Assembly (NCBI RefSeq): GCF_036321535.1
Contig: NC_087437.1
Span: 50,408,001-50,472,000, forward strand
Direction: 5' to 3'
Source of the DNA: Camelus dromedarius
Lineage: Eukaryota
Length of the DNA: 64,000 bases
Shown here: piece by piece, positions 1-12,460 of the stretch
How the letters are laid out: each line of letters starts with the position of its first letter
How positions within the stretch are numbered: the first letter of the stretch is position 1
Notes under the pieces: generated by a model
The model's database searches: none
Seen by the model: the letters and a program-made list of their open reading frames with translations, nothing else
What the model was told of the DNA's origin: nothing
Program-made: the position numbers and the translations under genes

Positions 1-868
1 ATACTTATTCTTACTATATTTTTTACTTGAAAAAGTTTGTTTCCTCTTTTATAGTGTAAGTGCCTACCTAATACCCTCAATTTTAGCCTCTTAGCTCTCA
101 AAACTTGAAATATTTACTTCTGACACTTTACTGAAAACATGTGCCAACCCCTGATACAGTTCACATGGCCGAACTGGGAAATTAATCTACATTTTACTGT
201 TCAAAGAAAATTTCATAAGCATTTATTATCTTAATTCTCTTTTTCTCTGAATCTTCTTTTTATAGGGAGAGCAGTCTTATCTAGGAGCCCCCCATTTAAC
301 AGAGTCTAATTTTTCACAGTAAATTAGGAGTGCTTCAATGTAAGCATCAGGGTTGCTTGTATGTAGGCACCTTAGATGTCCTGTAGGTTCCTGTCTTTGC
401 AGTCTTATGACATTAACGCAGAAAAAAACCCAAAAAGACAATACCAGAGTTCTCAATGTACATTCAGAGCTTTATTTACATTTATTATGCAGGCATTGAT
501 GTGGTGTTAAACTCTGGATTTCATCAAAGAAAAACTTATTTGAAGAATGTCTTAAAGAGACATTACAACTCTGAGAGGAGTATTTGCTTGAGTTCATAAA
601 GGTGATTTATCTAGATTATTATACTACAGTTTTGGAGCAGTGTCATCACTGTTGTGGCTACTTAAAATTTTAAGTATGATAATGTCAGGAACTCCCTAAA
701 ACATAGGCATTAATTGCTGAGAATTATTTACTTTATATGTGCCTTTTAAAATACTATTCCTGATTATAAAAATAATGTTCATTTAAAAATACTGACAGTT
801 ATAAAGAAGATATGATGCTTAATGATATAATACAACCATCTAAAGATAATTATTATTTATGTATATTT

Positions 869-1059
869 TTTAATTGAAGTGTAGTCAGTTTACAATGTGT
901 CCATTTCTGGTGTACAGCACAGTACTTCGGTCATATAGAAACATACATATAAAAAAAAGAAACATACATATATTCATTTTCATATTCTTTTTCACCATAA
1001 GTTACTAAAAGATATTGAATATAATTCCTGTGCTATACAGTATAAACTTGTATATCTAT
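869..1059 (-). mobile_element. 5'-truncated LINE-1 3' end (young lineage)
   Basis: Reverse-oriented L1 3'UTR; similar to copies at 16668-16816 and 42037-42200; flanked by direct repeat TTTATGTATATTT (856-868, 1060-1072). Confidence 0.8.
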
Positions 1060-2111
1060 TTTATGTATATTTACATATTTTAGAATTTTTTTTAATCTTC
1101 TGTATGTGTGCTTTTAGTGAGTGTTAAGATCATGGATATTGTTCATTTCTCTTTTTGTGCAAAAGCTGTATTATAAATTGAGGGTTGTATCTTAAAATGA
1201 ATTTTAGGCTTGCTATGTGAAATTTATATTATATTTTAGAGATACCATCTTTTTGGTGGAATGTGTTTTCTGAGTTATACACGTAAGTCAATTGGATTCT
1301 TATTTACAGACTTTTCAGGAAGTTATCTAGTCTAAAAATCTTGGGTAGAGGAAAGAATTCCTTACCTTTGAAAGCTTAGTATGTATATCCATTCCTCCAC
1401 AAGCATTATTAATTGTCACCTATCTAGGCATTCAGAACGGAGTCATATGAAATGTATTGTTTACTCTCAGAATACTTACAGTGTGTAGGAAAAATAGAAG
1501 TAAATATATTGTATAGACTTCTCACAACTGAGGCAAGAACAGAGGGCTGTCAGTGGATAGAAGAAGGAAGCTTAGCCTACACAGCTAAGCTCTACCTCTA
1601 TGGAAGAATTCATGACTGTTGTCTCCTGAGATGAAATGTGAACTGGTCAGAGAGTAACACCAAGAAGCAAAGGGAACAGTGTATGCAAATTCCCAGAGCT
1701 GAGAAAAAGACTCATTTGATGACTTGATAGTAGTTAAGTATAACTAGAGAATGGATAGATGGGAACAGGTGTGGGAAGTATTGAGACATGAAGCTACAGA
1801 GATGAGCAGTTGCTACCTAGTAGGTGCTAGAACTGTGAGGTGTTTTTCCATATTTCATAACTATCTAAATACCAGTTCATTGCAAAATTGATTATCATCT
1901 GTTTTACTCATCATACTAGTCTCAGTTCTGCTTAATCTTAACTTTCAGGTAATACAACTTAGTTCTTCCTTGAGATACTAGTTTTGTAACAGTGAAGTCT
2001 GTGAGTGAATGAATGGTCCATCTTTCAGTAAGAATCTTTTGTTTACTAAATGAGTGTAAATAATATGGCTTCAAAGTATCTTATAGAAAATATAATTATT
2101 TTCCTTTTTAG

Positions 2112-2265
2112 AATTACAGAGGATCATGTGATTCAGCATGGTCTGGTGGTAGATGGGACCAGTCTGTCTCTTGCACTCAGGGAGCATGAAAAACTATTCA
2201 TGGAAGTTTGCAGAAACTGTTCAGCTGTACTGTGCTGTCGTATGGCACCACTGCAGAAAGCAAAG
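2112..2265 (+). CDS. ATP11B: ATP11B internal coding exon (P domain; ITEDHVIQHGLVVDGTSLSLALREHEKLFMEVCRNCSAVLCCRMAPLQKAK)
   Basis: tttttag acceptor, AAG|gtatgt donor, 154 nt; LVVDG and CCRMAPLQKA motifs of P4-ATPases; matches the ATP11B protein as I recall it. The gene starts upstream of the window. Confidence 0.97.
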
Positions 2266-3530
2266 GTATGTTTATGCTATAAAAAGTCCCATAAAGATAT
2301 TTAGATCTAAAAGTATTCTTTAAGGTTAATGCCTTATCTGATTCCATTTGGTGGTATGCAATATATGAATCTGACTCGAAGGCAGTAATTCATATTACGA
2401 ATTTTAACCCTTGTACATTAGGCCTTTGGAAATTTCAGAGTGAATATTGAAGTTTCAACTATTCATAATGACCTAGAAATAAGTCACTGTGGCTAAAAAT
2501 GTCCATGTGATGGGTAGCAGTGATTTTCCTGAGACACAAAATTGAATTGTGATAACCAAAGTTTTGCAAGTTAGTTACTTAACTAGTGAGGGAGCCTGTA
2601 AGACTTAAGTTCTTCTGCATCTTCAGGTGGTTCTGTTGATCTTTACTTATTCTTGCATTCTCATGAAGTGATAATTCTTTGTTAAAAATGGCTATTAAGT
2701 GATAAGTAGAGCTTCAGTAAAAAGTTGTAAAACCAGTTAACTTGTGATATGAAGCTGCATATAGAAAATATTTTAATTTCATCTAACTATGATTCAATTA
2801 GACGCCTATACAGATAACTTTATAACTGTATTCTACGCAAGGATGTCCTTTGAAATGCATGTTGGAACACTGATTGTTTCTCATATAGATCTAATAAATT
2901 ATGCATTAGTTGTTTTTAGCTTCATGGAATTTTGTTACAATGTCTATATTTTAATTATTATAATCCATGTACCCCAATTTATAGAGACTAAAACTAGTGA
3001 CCAAACAGAGCAAATGCCTAGGTTCTTTATAAAAGTACATTCAAGTATTCCAAAGAAACCTTTCTTTTGATTTTATTGAATTTAATCTTGATTGCTTTTT
3101 CAATTAAAAAAAATTTTATTATAAGGGAAAATAATTATCTTTCCTCTGTGTCAAATGAAAAGAATATTTTCTTGGGAAAGAAAAAATTTTGCCTGACAAA
3201 GTTCAATTAAGTATAATTATCTTTTTACAAACTTAATTATTATTAAGCTTTTTATAAATGGAACTGTATTTAAAAGATTCTTGCTTCTCATCATAAAATC
3301 CAAAAATAGTACTCTGTTTTGCTGTGTCATTTCTAAAAGACATTCCTAATACTTAATGGAGACACCCCTCAAAAAATGAACCCCAGTGCATATTATTATA
3401 TAACAAAATTAATTTTTTTTATTTCTACTCTTCTTACAACAGAGTCATTTCAGATAACTGACATTTATTTCTTATATAAATATAAGAAAATTGAAATTTT
3501 ATTGTAACTAATTAATTGTATGTCTTTCAG

Positions 3531-3633
3531 GTAATAAGACTGATAAAAATCTCACCTGAGAAACCTATAACACTGGCTGTTGGTGATGGTGCTAATGATG
3601 TAAGCATGATACAAGAAGCACATGTTGGCATAG
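3531..3633 (+). CDS. ATP11B: ATP11B exon ([34 protein letters not shown])
   Basis: tttcag acceptor, G|gtgatt donor, 103 nt; contains the GDGAND hinge motif; in phase with neighbours. Confidence 0.97.
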
Positions 3634-4599
3634 GTGATTGATTTTTTTTCTGAACTTTTAAAGTTGGTATAATTATTTGGTGATTTTGAATTTTCCTTTT
3701 GTAGACTAAAGCACAATTATCAAATATACAAATGAAAACTAAGTGCAACAGAGTAATATATCTCATTGTATCCCCATCAGAAAACTATTATAATTAAGCT
3801 GAATATTTAGGGTATTTTAATTCCAAATTTTCAAGAAAATAAATACCACATTAGTAAATTTTATCTTTGGTAATTCTCCTTCCTAATGAAATGACGTTAT
3901 TTTTACATGCCATTTTGTATATTCATGCTTTTTTAAAATCATTTTTAAACTCTGAGTTTGTGATTTACATAATTGCCCTTATGATTTTAAATTCCTGTTT
4001 TAGACATTGTTATTATTTATTTGTCAGTCTGAAGATTCTGAAACTTATTTGAAAGATGGTTTTAGAGACAGGAAATTACAACAAACTATAATATAAAAAT
4101 TAAATTTTTTAATAATTTTCTAATTTAGTAACCTTTATTCTGATTTCTATACTATTTTTGCCTAAAGTTTTCATTGGATGCAGAATACTAATATGACTTT
4201 ATTATATTTGAATTATCAGTCATTTCATATTTAAACCATATTCTGACCTTTCTGCCCCACTAATTTTATTATACAAATACAGAAGCAAAAGAGAAAAGTA
4301 TGAGATTTTGTTGAAGGATAAAATTTCAGAATTAGAAAAGAAAATAGTCCTCACCCTGGAATTGCTTTTATCCTGTGATAGGTGGTTATCAGGTCTAATA
4401 TTTCTAGTGTATCTCTCAAATTAGCTTCTTCCTCTTTGGGATAATTAACTCTTCATTTTGAAAACTGCATTATCTTTCCACTATGTATACTGTTGTTTTC
4501 CCTTAGATCTTCATAACAATTTGATAACTTCCGTATACCATTTGTTAGACCACAGAAATCTACAGTATTTATAACTGTTTGATTCTAATATGGTAACAG

Positions 4600-5560
4600 C
4601 CAGACTAGTGAATAGAATCGATTCAAACATCTGGAAATTTAGATATAACAAAGGAGATGTTTCAAATAAATAGGGAAACAAATTATTTGATTTAAAAAAT
4701 ACTGATATAACTAGTTAATTATTTGGAAAAGAAAGAAGTGAGTTCTTTTAGATTGCTTATAGCAAAACCAATTCCAGATGGATTAAAGATTTAAATAATT
4801 TTTAGCAATAATAAAAGGTGATAGGAAATTTTAATAAATAATCCTGTTATTTGAGATGTGGAAGGATCCTTTAAGTACAAAACCAGACAAAACAAGGAAC
4901 TAAAAAGGAAAAGATCAGTATGTGTGGCAGAAGTAAACACTCCACATAAACAAATTGTGAAGACAAACCAGGAAAGAATATTTGCAAAATAGATGACAAA
5001 GTCTTAATATTCCTTAATATGTGAGGTCTTATCAAATTCAGAAGAATAAGAAAAACACCCAAGTAGAGATATGTTGAATGATGTGAACCATCAATTGTCA
5101 CAAAAAGGAAAAATCTAAAGTGAATACTAAATGCATGAAAAAAGTGTTCAGTCTCACTAGTAATCAAAAGAATGTAAGTTAAAATTGCCTGTGAGATTGG
5201 TAAAAATTACAAAGATTGATAAAGCCTGGAATTTGCAAAAGTATAGATTAGCAAGTGCTCGTGTATGTTGTTAGTGGGAATGTAAATTGGTACACCCTGT
5301 GTTATTATGTATAACATTTTTAGGTGTATACCTATTGATCTAGCAATTATGCATCTAAGAATTTCTTTTAAGAAGATAAATGATTATGATATAAACAATG
5401 TCAATAATGTAGTGACAAAAGCAGATTACAGAACAAATAATCCCACGTTTATGCACTTGTTTGTATATGTATTAGATATACACACATGAAATATGCAGAA
5501 GAAAAAATTCTAAAAGGATGTAGATCAGAAATAGTGATTTTTCTCTAGGAGTTGTGACTA
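4600..5560 (+). mobile_element. Old degenerate LINE-1 (L1M-type) ORF2/3' fragments
   Basis: Recognisable L1 phrases (ccaattccagatggattaaagatttaaat; gtgggaatgtaaattggtac); boundaries approximate. Confidence 0.6.
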
Positions 5561-5834
5561 TAGGTGGTTGTCTTTACATTTTGGAACATTTTGATCTTTT
5601 TACGACAAAAATTAAAATTTTTAATTTTGAAAAAATGATTTTATCAAAGCTTCTTCTACATTGAATAACCAAACGTGGTAGTAATTCTTTTGAAACCTAA
5701 AGGATTATTGTAACCTAAAAAAAAGTATGCATGTTTATCAGATAAAATTATGTGCTGATCTGAAATATTGTACATTTTTCTTTTTAAAAAGGTACACTTT
5801 GACTTATGCATAAAAGTTTTAAAAGTTAAGCATG

Positions 5835-6667
5835 TAATTATTAGAGAAATGCAAATCAAAACTGTAGTGAGGTACCACCTCACACTGGTCAGAATGGCCA
5901 TCATTAAAAAGTCTACAAATAACAAATAGAGAGGTGGAGAAAAGGGAACTCTCCCCTACACTGTTGATGAGAATGTAATTTGGTGCAGCCACTTTGGAGA
6001 ACAGTATCCTTAAAAAATTAAAAATAGACCTACCATATGATGCAGCAATTCCACTCCTGGCCATATATCCAGAGAAGACTGTAATTCAAAAAAGATACGT
6101 ACACCCGAGTGTTCATAGCAGCACTATTTACAGTAGCCAAGATGTAGAAGCAACCTAAATGTCCATCAGCAAGTGAGTGGATAAAGAATATGTGGTACAT
6201 ATGCACAGTGGAATACTACTCAGCCATAAAAAGAATGAAATAATACCATTTGATGTGACATGGATGGATCGAGAGATTATCATACTAAGTAAGCCAGAAA
6301 GAAAAAGACAAATACCATATGATATCATATGTGGAATCTAAAATATGACACAAATGAACTTATTTATGAGACAAACTCACAGACTTGGAGAACAAAGTTA
6401 TGGTTACCAAAGGGGAAAGGGGATGGGAGAGAGATAAATTCAGAGTTTGGGATTAGCAGATACAAACTACTCTATATAAAACAGATGAACAACAGGTTCT
6501 ACTGTATCATACAGGGAACTATACTCAATACCCTGTAATAAAGCATAATGGAAAAGAATATGCATTTATATCTATAACTGAATCACTTTGCTGTACACCA
6601 GAAAGTAACACAATATTGTATATCAACTGTATTTCAATAAAAAAAATAAATTTAAAAAAACCCAAAA
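5835..6667 (+). mobile_element. 5'-truncated LINE-1 (end of ORF2 + 3'UTR + A tail)
   Basis: gagaaatgcaaatcaaaac...aataaa plus A-rich tail; TSD AAAAGTTAAGCATG (5821-5834) vs AACAGTTCAGCATG (6668-6681), 12/14 identical. Confidence 0.9.
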
Positions 6668-7115
6668 AACAGTTCAGCATGATCATTTTTGCTTGGTGCA
6701 AATTACTCAATTTGTGTATTTTTTATATTCATTGGAAATAGTGAAGTTAAAGCTGTTAAAAGTGTTCTCTTCATTAGAAATATATTAACTAGTACTTTGT
6801 GCTTGTTAATCTAAAAATAGTTGTTCTCCTTAGATCCTGAACTTTTAATTTTATTTTCATATTAATTGTATTTTATTTTATTCTAATACTTTGAAAATTG
6901 ATGTTACATCCTTGGTATTTATTGTGGCTTTGTATTAGTTACATATTTGATTTAAGTAGAACAACTTTTTGGTGATCTGTCTGCTGTATTTTAGGACATA
7001 GTGATCCTAAGTTCAGGTTTAACTTCTGTAGATAATTAAGATATTTGCAGAGATATCATGAAAATTACACTTACCAGTTATGAATGAATTTGCCTTTTTG
7101 TCCCCTTTATTGCAG

Positions 7116-7261
7116 GAATCATGGGTAAAGAAGGAAGACAAGCTGCCAGGAACAGTGACTATGCAATAGCTAGATTTAAATTCCTCTCCAAATTGCTTTT
7201 TGTTCATGGTCATTTTTACTATATTAGAATAGCTACTCTTGTACAGTATTTTTTTTATAAG
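7116..7261 (+). CDS. ATP11B: ATP11B exon ([49 protein letters not shown])
   Basis: ttgcag acceptor, AAG|gtgagt donor, 146 nt; conserved P4-ATPase sequence leading into TM5. Confidence 0.97.
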
Positions 7262-7399
7262 GTGAGTTTTATGGAGATATTTTAGAATCTATTACTGATA
7301 CAGTATTTGAGGTTTGAACTTAAGGAATGCTATTACTGTATAAATTATTCTTAAAAATTATTTCTATAAATAAAAATAACAGTCTATGGATATACTTCT

Positions 7400-7640
7400 A
7401 TTATTTTGTCATAAATCTAATGTGTACTCACAGAAAGCTAATCAGTGGTTGCCTGAGGACAAGGGTACAGGTGATAGAATTGACTGGAAAAGGATGTAAG
7501 AGAACTTTGCGTGACAGAGAAGTTCTCTAATTTGATTGCGGTGGTAGTTACATGGGTATATAAATTTGTCAGAACACATCAAAATTCACACTTAAAATTG
7601 GTATGTTTTATTCTATGCAAATTAGAACGCAGTTAATTTG
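7400..7640 (+). mobile_element. Old L1 (L1MC/ME-like) 3'UTR fragment
   Basis: cagaaag..atcagtggttgcctg...ggtggtagttacatgggtatata resembles old L1 3' ends; approximate. Confidence 0.6.
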
Positions 7641-7708
7641 ATTTCTTCAGTGTTATTTTGTCCTGAGCCAGTAGTAAGTCTTAATTTTAACTCTAATATG
7701 ATGATTTC

Positions 7709-7912
7709 AAGCAGATGTTAATCTTTTTGGGGCCATGAATTACCATTTGGTCATCTGATAGAAACGTATAAACTATTCAGTATAGGAATTTTAGATGCAT
7801 AAAATAAAATCCATAGGTTTACAAGGAAACCAATTATGTTGAAATACTGTTCTCTCTTGACCCTTTGGGTCAAACTTAGGGTTCTGTGGAACCAATGTTA
7901 AAAAAGCCCCTG
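7709..7912. mobile_element. hAT-Charlie non-autonomous DNA transposon (Charlie4-like)
   Basis: atgcataaaataaaatccataggtttacaaggaaaccaattat core and ...gttaaaaaagcccctg end resemble Charlie4 derivatives. Confidence 0.55.
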
Positions 7913-8492
7913 AGTACCAAGACATTAAATACATCACAGTGTTTGTCCTATATTGCATATATTCCTGTAATTAAATAATAGCTAAAACCCAATGAAAGGG
8001 CACAGGTAGATCGCATGATGCTAATAGACGCCAATGGCAGATTTTTTTCTAGCTGTTACCATAGCTTTTGCTGTGACATAAGTCTGTTAGAATGGAAGGA
8101 TGGTTGATAGTCCCATTTGTTGTATTTTTACATTTTAAAGCAATTTTAGCCCTAAAAGTATAAGTAAACCTTACCTACTGTCCTAGATATGAAAAATACT
8201 GAAAAACAGTTGGCAGATTGTAAACTCAAAATTATGGTATTGCTTGGCAGTATTAGCAGTCAAGGGTATTTTCATGCTGACATTTGCAGTGCTGCTTAGA
8301 CAACTTTTAGATTTTTCTTCAGTAAAATGGGAATCCTAATTTTCCATTGTATATGGACAAGTTCTTATGGGCAGATCTTCTACTTAACATGTCAGCTGAG
8401 ATTGTTGGACTCTTTAATAGCCGGTTTTAGAAATTATTTCTCTTTTGACCTAAATATTTTAATTATTTCCATTCTTTTTTTTTTTTTTTCAG

Positions 8493-8552
8493 AATGTGTG
8501 CTTTATCACACCCCAATTTTTGTATCAGTTCTACTGTTTGTTTTCTCAACAG
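8493..8552 (+). CDS. ATP11B: ATP11B exon (NVCFITPQFLYQFYCLFSQQ)
   Basis: Poly-T tract + cag acceptor, CAG|gtaggt donor, 60 nt, phase 0-0. Confidence 0.96.
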
Positions 8553-8744
8553 GTAGGTAAATAGAAGCTTTTCTTTTATCCTTTCAGAATAAAGTTTGTA
8601 TGTTTAGTTTTTGATAGATACTTAAAGGGATTTTTTCCGTTTTTCCTAGTCCTACAGATAACTAAACAGAACTTTTCTAATTAGTATATTTAATTAGTAT
8701 AATATTTATATTCATTCACTCTAATTTTCAGTTCAAAGTGCATC

Positions 8745-8906
8745 TTTTTTTGTTTGTTTTTTAAGATTACTTTTTTTTTTTTTTTTTTTTTGGTGGGGGT
8801 AGGTAATTAGGTTTATTTATTTATTCTTAGAGGAGGTACTAGGGATTGAACTCAAGATCCCATGCATGCTAAGCATGCACTCTGCCACTTGAGCTATACC
8901 CTCCCC
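8745..8906 (-). mobile_element. tRNA-derived SINE (camelid vic-1-like)
   Basis: Reverse complement reads GGGGAGGGTATAGCTCAAGTGGCAGAG (A box)...GAGTTCAATCCC (B box)...AATAAATAAATAAACCTAATTACC + A tail; degenerate TSD ttcaaagtgcatc / tccaaagtgaatg. Confidence 0.85.
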
Positions 8907-10272
8907 TCCAAAGTGAATGTTAATACCAAAGTATATTTTAATTCTGGATGCTTTTTTTAAAAATGGATGTTAACTCGTAATAGTTTATGAATTTTTTGAA
9001 CTCTTGAATGGTTTATGAATTCAACTCATATGATATGTAATATTTCTGTAAAAATCCATATGAAGCCAGGCCAGATAACTATTGGGGGATTACTTCATTA
9101 TTTATTTTTTGACTCAAAATTTTTTTTAGATTTAGAAGGAACCTTAGTGATTGAGTCTAGGGGTGACCTATAGGTTTTATCTCAGAAGGTAACTAAATAA
9201 AATTGTTAGAGGCCCCAGGAGAGCTATATTGAAAAGAGTTCTTGAAGCTATAGGTTCAGAGGGAAAACTATGTGATAAGTTAGCAGTAGCTGTGATGCAC
9301 ACATGGTGGATCTTTTATTGTACATATGTCCCATAAAAAAAGGAGATTGAAATCCATGGAGATTAAGTAACTAGCCCAAGATCTCATAGCTAAGTTAGTA
9401 ACTAAATCATCCTTGGACCTACTGCTTCTGAGTAACTGAGCACCATTTTCACATACCACATTCCACATATCTAATTGATCGAGACATTTGTGTTAATTTA
9501 TTGAAATGACAAGAGCTTAATTATTTTAGGTTTTTTATGAGTTGTTTCTACCCATAATCACCATTTTCTCCTCTGTTTACAAACTTGTTACCCTAAATTT
9601 CTAATATTTGCTTGGACATTGATTGCCAGTAAAATGTTTGCTTACTTAGGTGAAAAAAAGAATGCTGTAAGAGTATGTGACAAGGAGACTTAACCTATTT
9701 TGATTAGGTTTTCAAGTTCATAGTATAGTTTGAGAGACAGTATCAAAATCAACAGAAACAATATATGAAGTGTAGGCCAAGTGCTAAGCCATTAGTACAA
9801 GCAGTAGCACGTATGACTGTTTAGAAAAGGAAGCTATCATCAAGAATTTGAGCCAATGATTTTAAGTTTCCTGGATCATGGATTAAAGGAAGTACAGCGG
9901 TTAGATGGGAAGACAAAGCCATGAAAGCAAAACTACGTGTATAGCATATCAAAGGGATAATAACAAGCCTAAGATGCATGTAGGAGAATTGTGTAGAATT
10001 GCATCACAGTGACATACAGATCCAATTCACTAGAATTCTAGAAACACTTGACATAACAAAATGTTTCAATTTCCACAAAGAATATAAATCTAGTAATATT
10101 ATCTTTGTGTCTCTATAAGAAACAAATTGGAATTATTAAAATGGATTTTGTGTAAATTGAAAAAACTGTATTTTTATGTTTTTAATATGCTTCTTTATTA
10201 TGATTAAATGCTTAAGTATAATAGTAATGTATAGTTTAAAGTCTCAAAGTTCCTACCAATTTCTCTTTCTAG

Positions 10273-10400
10273 ACACTGTATGACAGCGTGTACCTGACTT
10301 TATATAATATTTGTTTTACATCCCTACCTATTCTGATATATAGTCTATTAGAACAACATATAGACCCTCATGTATTACAGAACAAGCCTACCCTCTATCG
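10273..10400 (+). CDS. ATP11B: ATP11B exon ([42 protein letters not shown])
   Basis: ttctag acceptor, CG|gtaagt donor, 128 nt; TM6 motif YNxxFTSLP. Confidence 0.97.
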
Positions 10401-10905
10401 GTAAGTATTTTCCAGTATTAAATGTTTGTAACATTTCTGACTGCAGGTAGAATGTTACAATTGCCAATTTTTAAAAATACCTTAAAATTAAGCAAATATA
10501 TTAGGCAGTGTCTTGGTAATTAAAGCTTTACTAAGGGAAGTTGTCAAATGGTTTATAATTGTTGACCATTAAAGAGAAAACGAACACTTTTTCCAGAATG
10601 TTTACAACAGAATATGATATAGATAAGTCAATTTTTCACAATTAAACTGAAGTATAATGTCTGTATCATATTTCTTCATCAAATGAGAAAACATTTAAGT
10701 GTATTATGAGAACTATAAGCTGTTACACAGATACCTGATATAAGCAGTGGTTTGTAAATTAGAATTTGTTTTGCAAAAATTTCTAAGCAATCTTAAATTT
10801 TAAAAATCCATCTTGTTTTTTAATTATCAAATTGTAATAATTATTTAGTAGGTAAATAATAAATATAAGTCCTAATGTGTTTCTCTTTCTCTTTTTAATT
10901 TGCAG

Positions 10906-11044
10906 AGACATTAGTAAAAACCGTCAACTAAGCATTAAAACATTTCTTTATTGGACCCTCTTGGGTTTCAGTCATGCCTTTATTTTCTTTTTTGGATCCT
11001 ATTTTCTAATTGGGAAAGATACATCTCTGCTTGGAAATGGCCAG
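10906..11044 (+). CDS. ATP11B: ATP11B exon (DISKNRQLSIKTFLYWTLLGFSHAFIFFFGSYFLIGKDTSLLGNGQ)
   Basis: ttgcag acceptor, CAG|gtaaaa donor, 139 nt; visible in ORF 10877-11071. Confidence 0.97.
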
Positions 11045-11359
11045 GTAAAATATATAGTGTTTTTTTTTTAATATTTGTTAATAATTTGATTTTGTTTGGT
11101 TTTTTCTTGTACCTTTCTGTCATAAAAAGTAAAATTCAATTTAAGTTATAAAATTGCAGATATTAAAATGCAAGTATAAAAAGGGTTTGAACTTTTTTCT
11201 TAATAAAATTTCATACAAATGAAAATTAAAACAAAAAGGCAATGCAATGTAATCTTAACATGAAACTCAAGTTACCTAAGCAGTTTTGCTGTTAAAAGAT
11301 TAATTCACACAAGAGGATATGTTCATGCCCCTGCCTGCTGTTCACTTCAGGATTGTGTT

Positions 11360-11510
11360 TTAATAATAGCTACTGTTAATTTAGTGCTTACTGTTGTGCT
11401 AAGTGCTTTACATGGCCCATTTCCATTAACGCTCACTATACCATAATACTGTTGGAGAGAGATTATGACCCGGCCTTTTTAGATGAGAAACCAGGACTGA
11501 GTGGTTAGGT
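11360..11510 (-). mobile_element. MIR SINE fragment
   Basis: taataatagctac...gtgctaagtgctttaca...ttttagatgagaaac resembles the MIR core; approximate. Confidence 0.6.
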
Positions 11511-11904
11511 TTTTGCTTTTAATTGCGTGAATTATTTTTTGGGTATGCTTAGGAAATGTTGCCATAGTCTTCAGGGCATACCAGCAGTTCTGAAAATGTC
11601 AAGTTACTGTTTAGAATGGCCACTTTTCTGAAACGTGAAATTGGGAAAGAGTACCACACTGTACATTGTTTCTGTGTCGTGACTGGATTGCTCATGTTGA
11701 GAGACTCTTGGCAGAACTAGGCCTCTTTCTAGGCTTAGCTAGATGGGTTAGGAGGAAAGGGATTGACAGCAGTTGTTTGTGGTGGACTGGAAATGCTTGT
11801 CACCTTTAGTTTCCCTTTTCCATTGGCAGTACTTAAATATTCCATAATGTATTTGTAGACATAGAGATACAAGATATGAAGTTGGGAGAATATGAAGTTT
11901 TATC

Positions 11905-12070
11905 TATTCAACAAACATTTATTGAGGACCACCATTCCTGTGAACTATGCTAGGCTCTGAATATATGAGAATAACTAACACAGTCATGGAGCTTAGAGTC
12001 TTGTGACAGATACAGAAAATAAGCAAGTAAAATAATAACAAAACATTCAAATGCAGTGAAGGAAATTGGT
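11905..12070 (-). mobile_element. LINE-2 3' end fragment
   Basis: attcaacaaacatttattgag...tgctaggctctg is typical of the L2 tail. Confidence 0.6.
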
Positions 12071-12229
12071 TTCAATTGTAGAGAGGATTTAACCATGCAT
12101 ATCCATTTAGGATGTAAAACAGGAACATACATGTTACTACCATGTCACTTTTGAGGACATATTTAGCCTGGGTTGGCCAAATATTTGAATCTGGTTTGTG
12201 TAGCATGAAGGATACAGTGCTTCCCCAAG

Positions 12230-12460
12230 TAGTAACTACTTACTGAATTTTTTCTCTGTGCCAGGTATATTACATATATTAGCTTATTAACTCGTTATAA
12301 CAATCTGGGTGAAGAAAGTATGTTACTTTTTACATATTAGAAAATTAACCTCAGAGAGGTTAAGGAATTTGCCTTAGGTAACACAGTAAGTAAATTACTA
12401 GAGTAGTATTTAAACTCAGATCTGTATGACTTCAAAGCCCATATGCCTACCCATGATCCT
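12230..12460 (-). mobile_element. MIR SINE
   Basis: ctcagagaggttaagg aatttgcc..aggt.acacag...aaactcagatctgt.tgacttcaaagccc. Confidence 0.7.

Noticed and set aside
3527..3766. Minus-strand ORFs overlapping exons (3527-3766, 7019-7213)
   Set aside because: Antisense shadows of ATP11B exons with no independent evidence.
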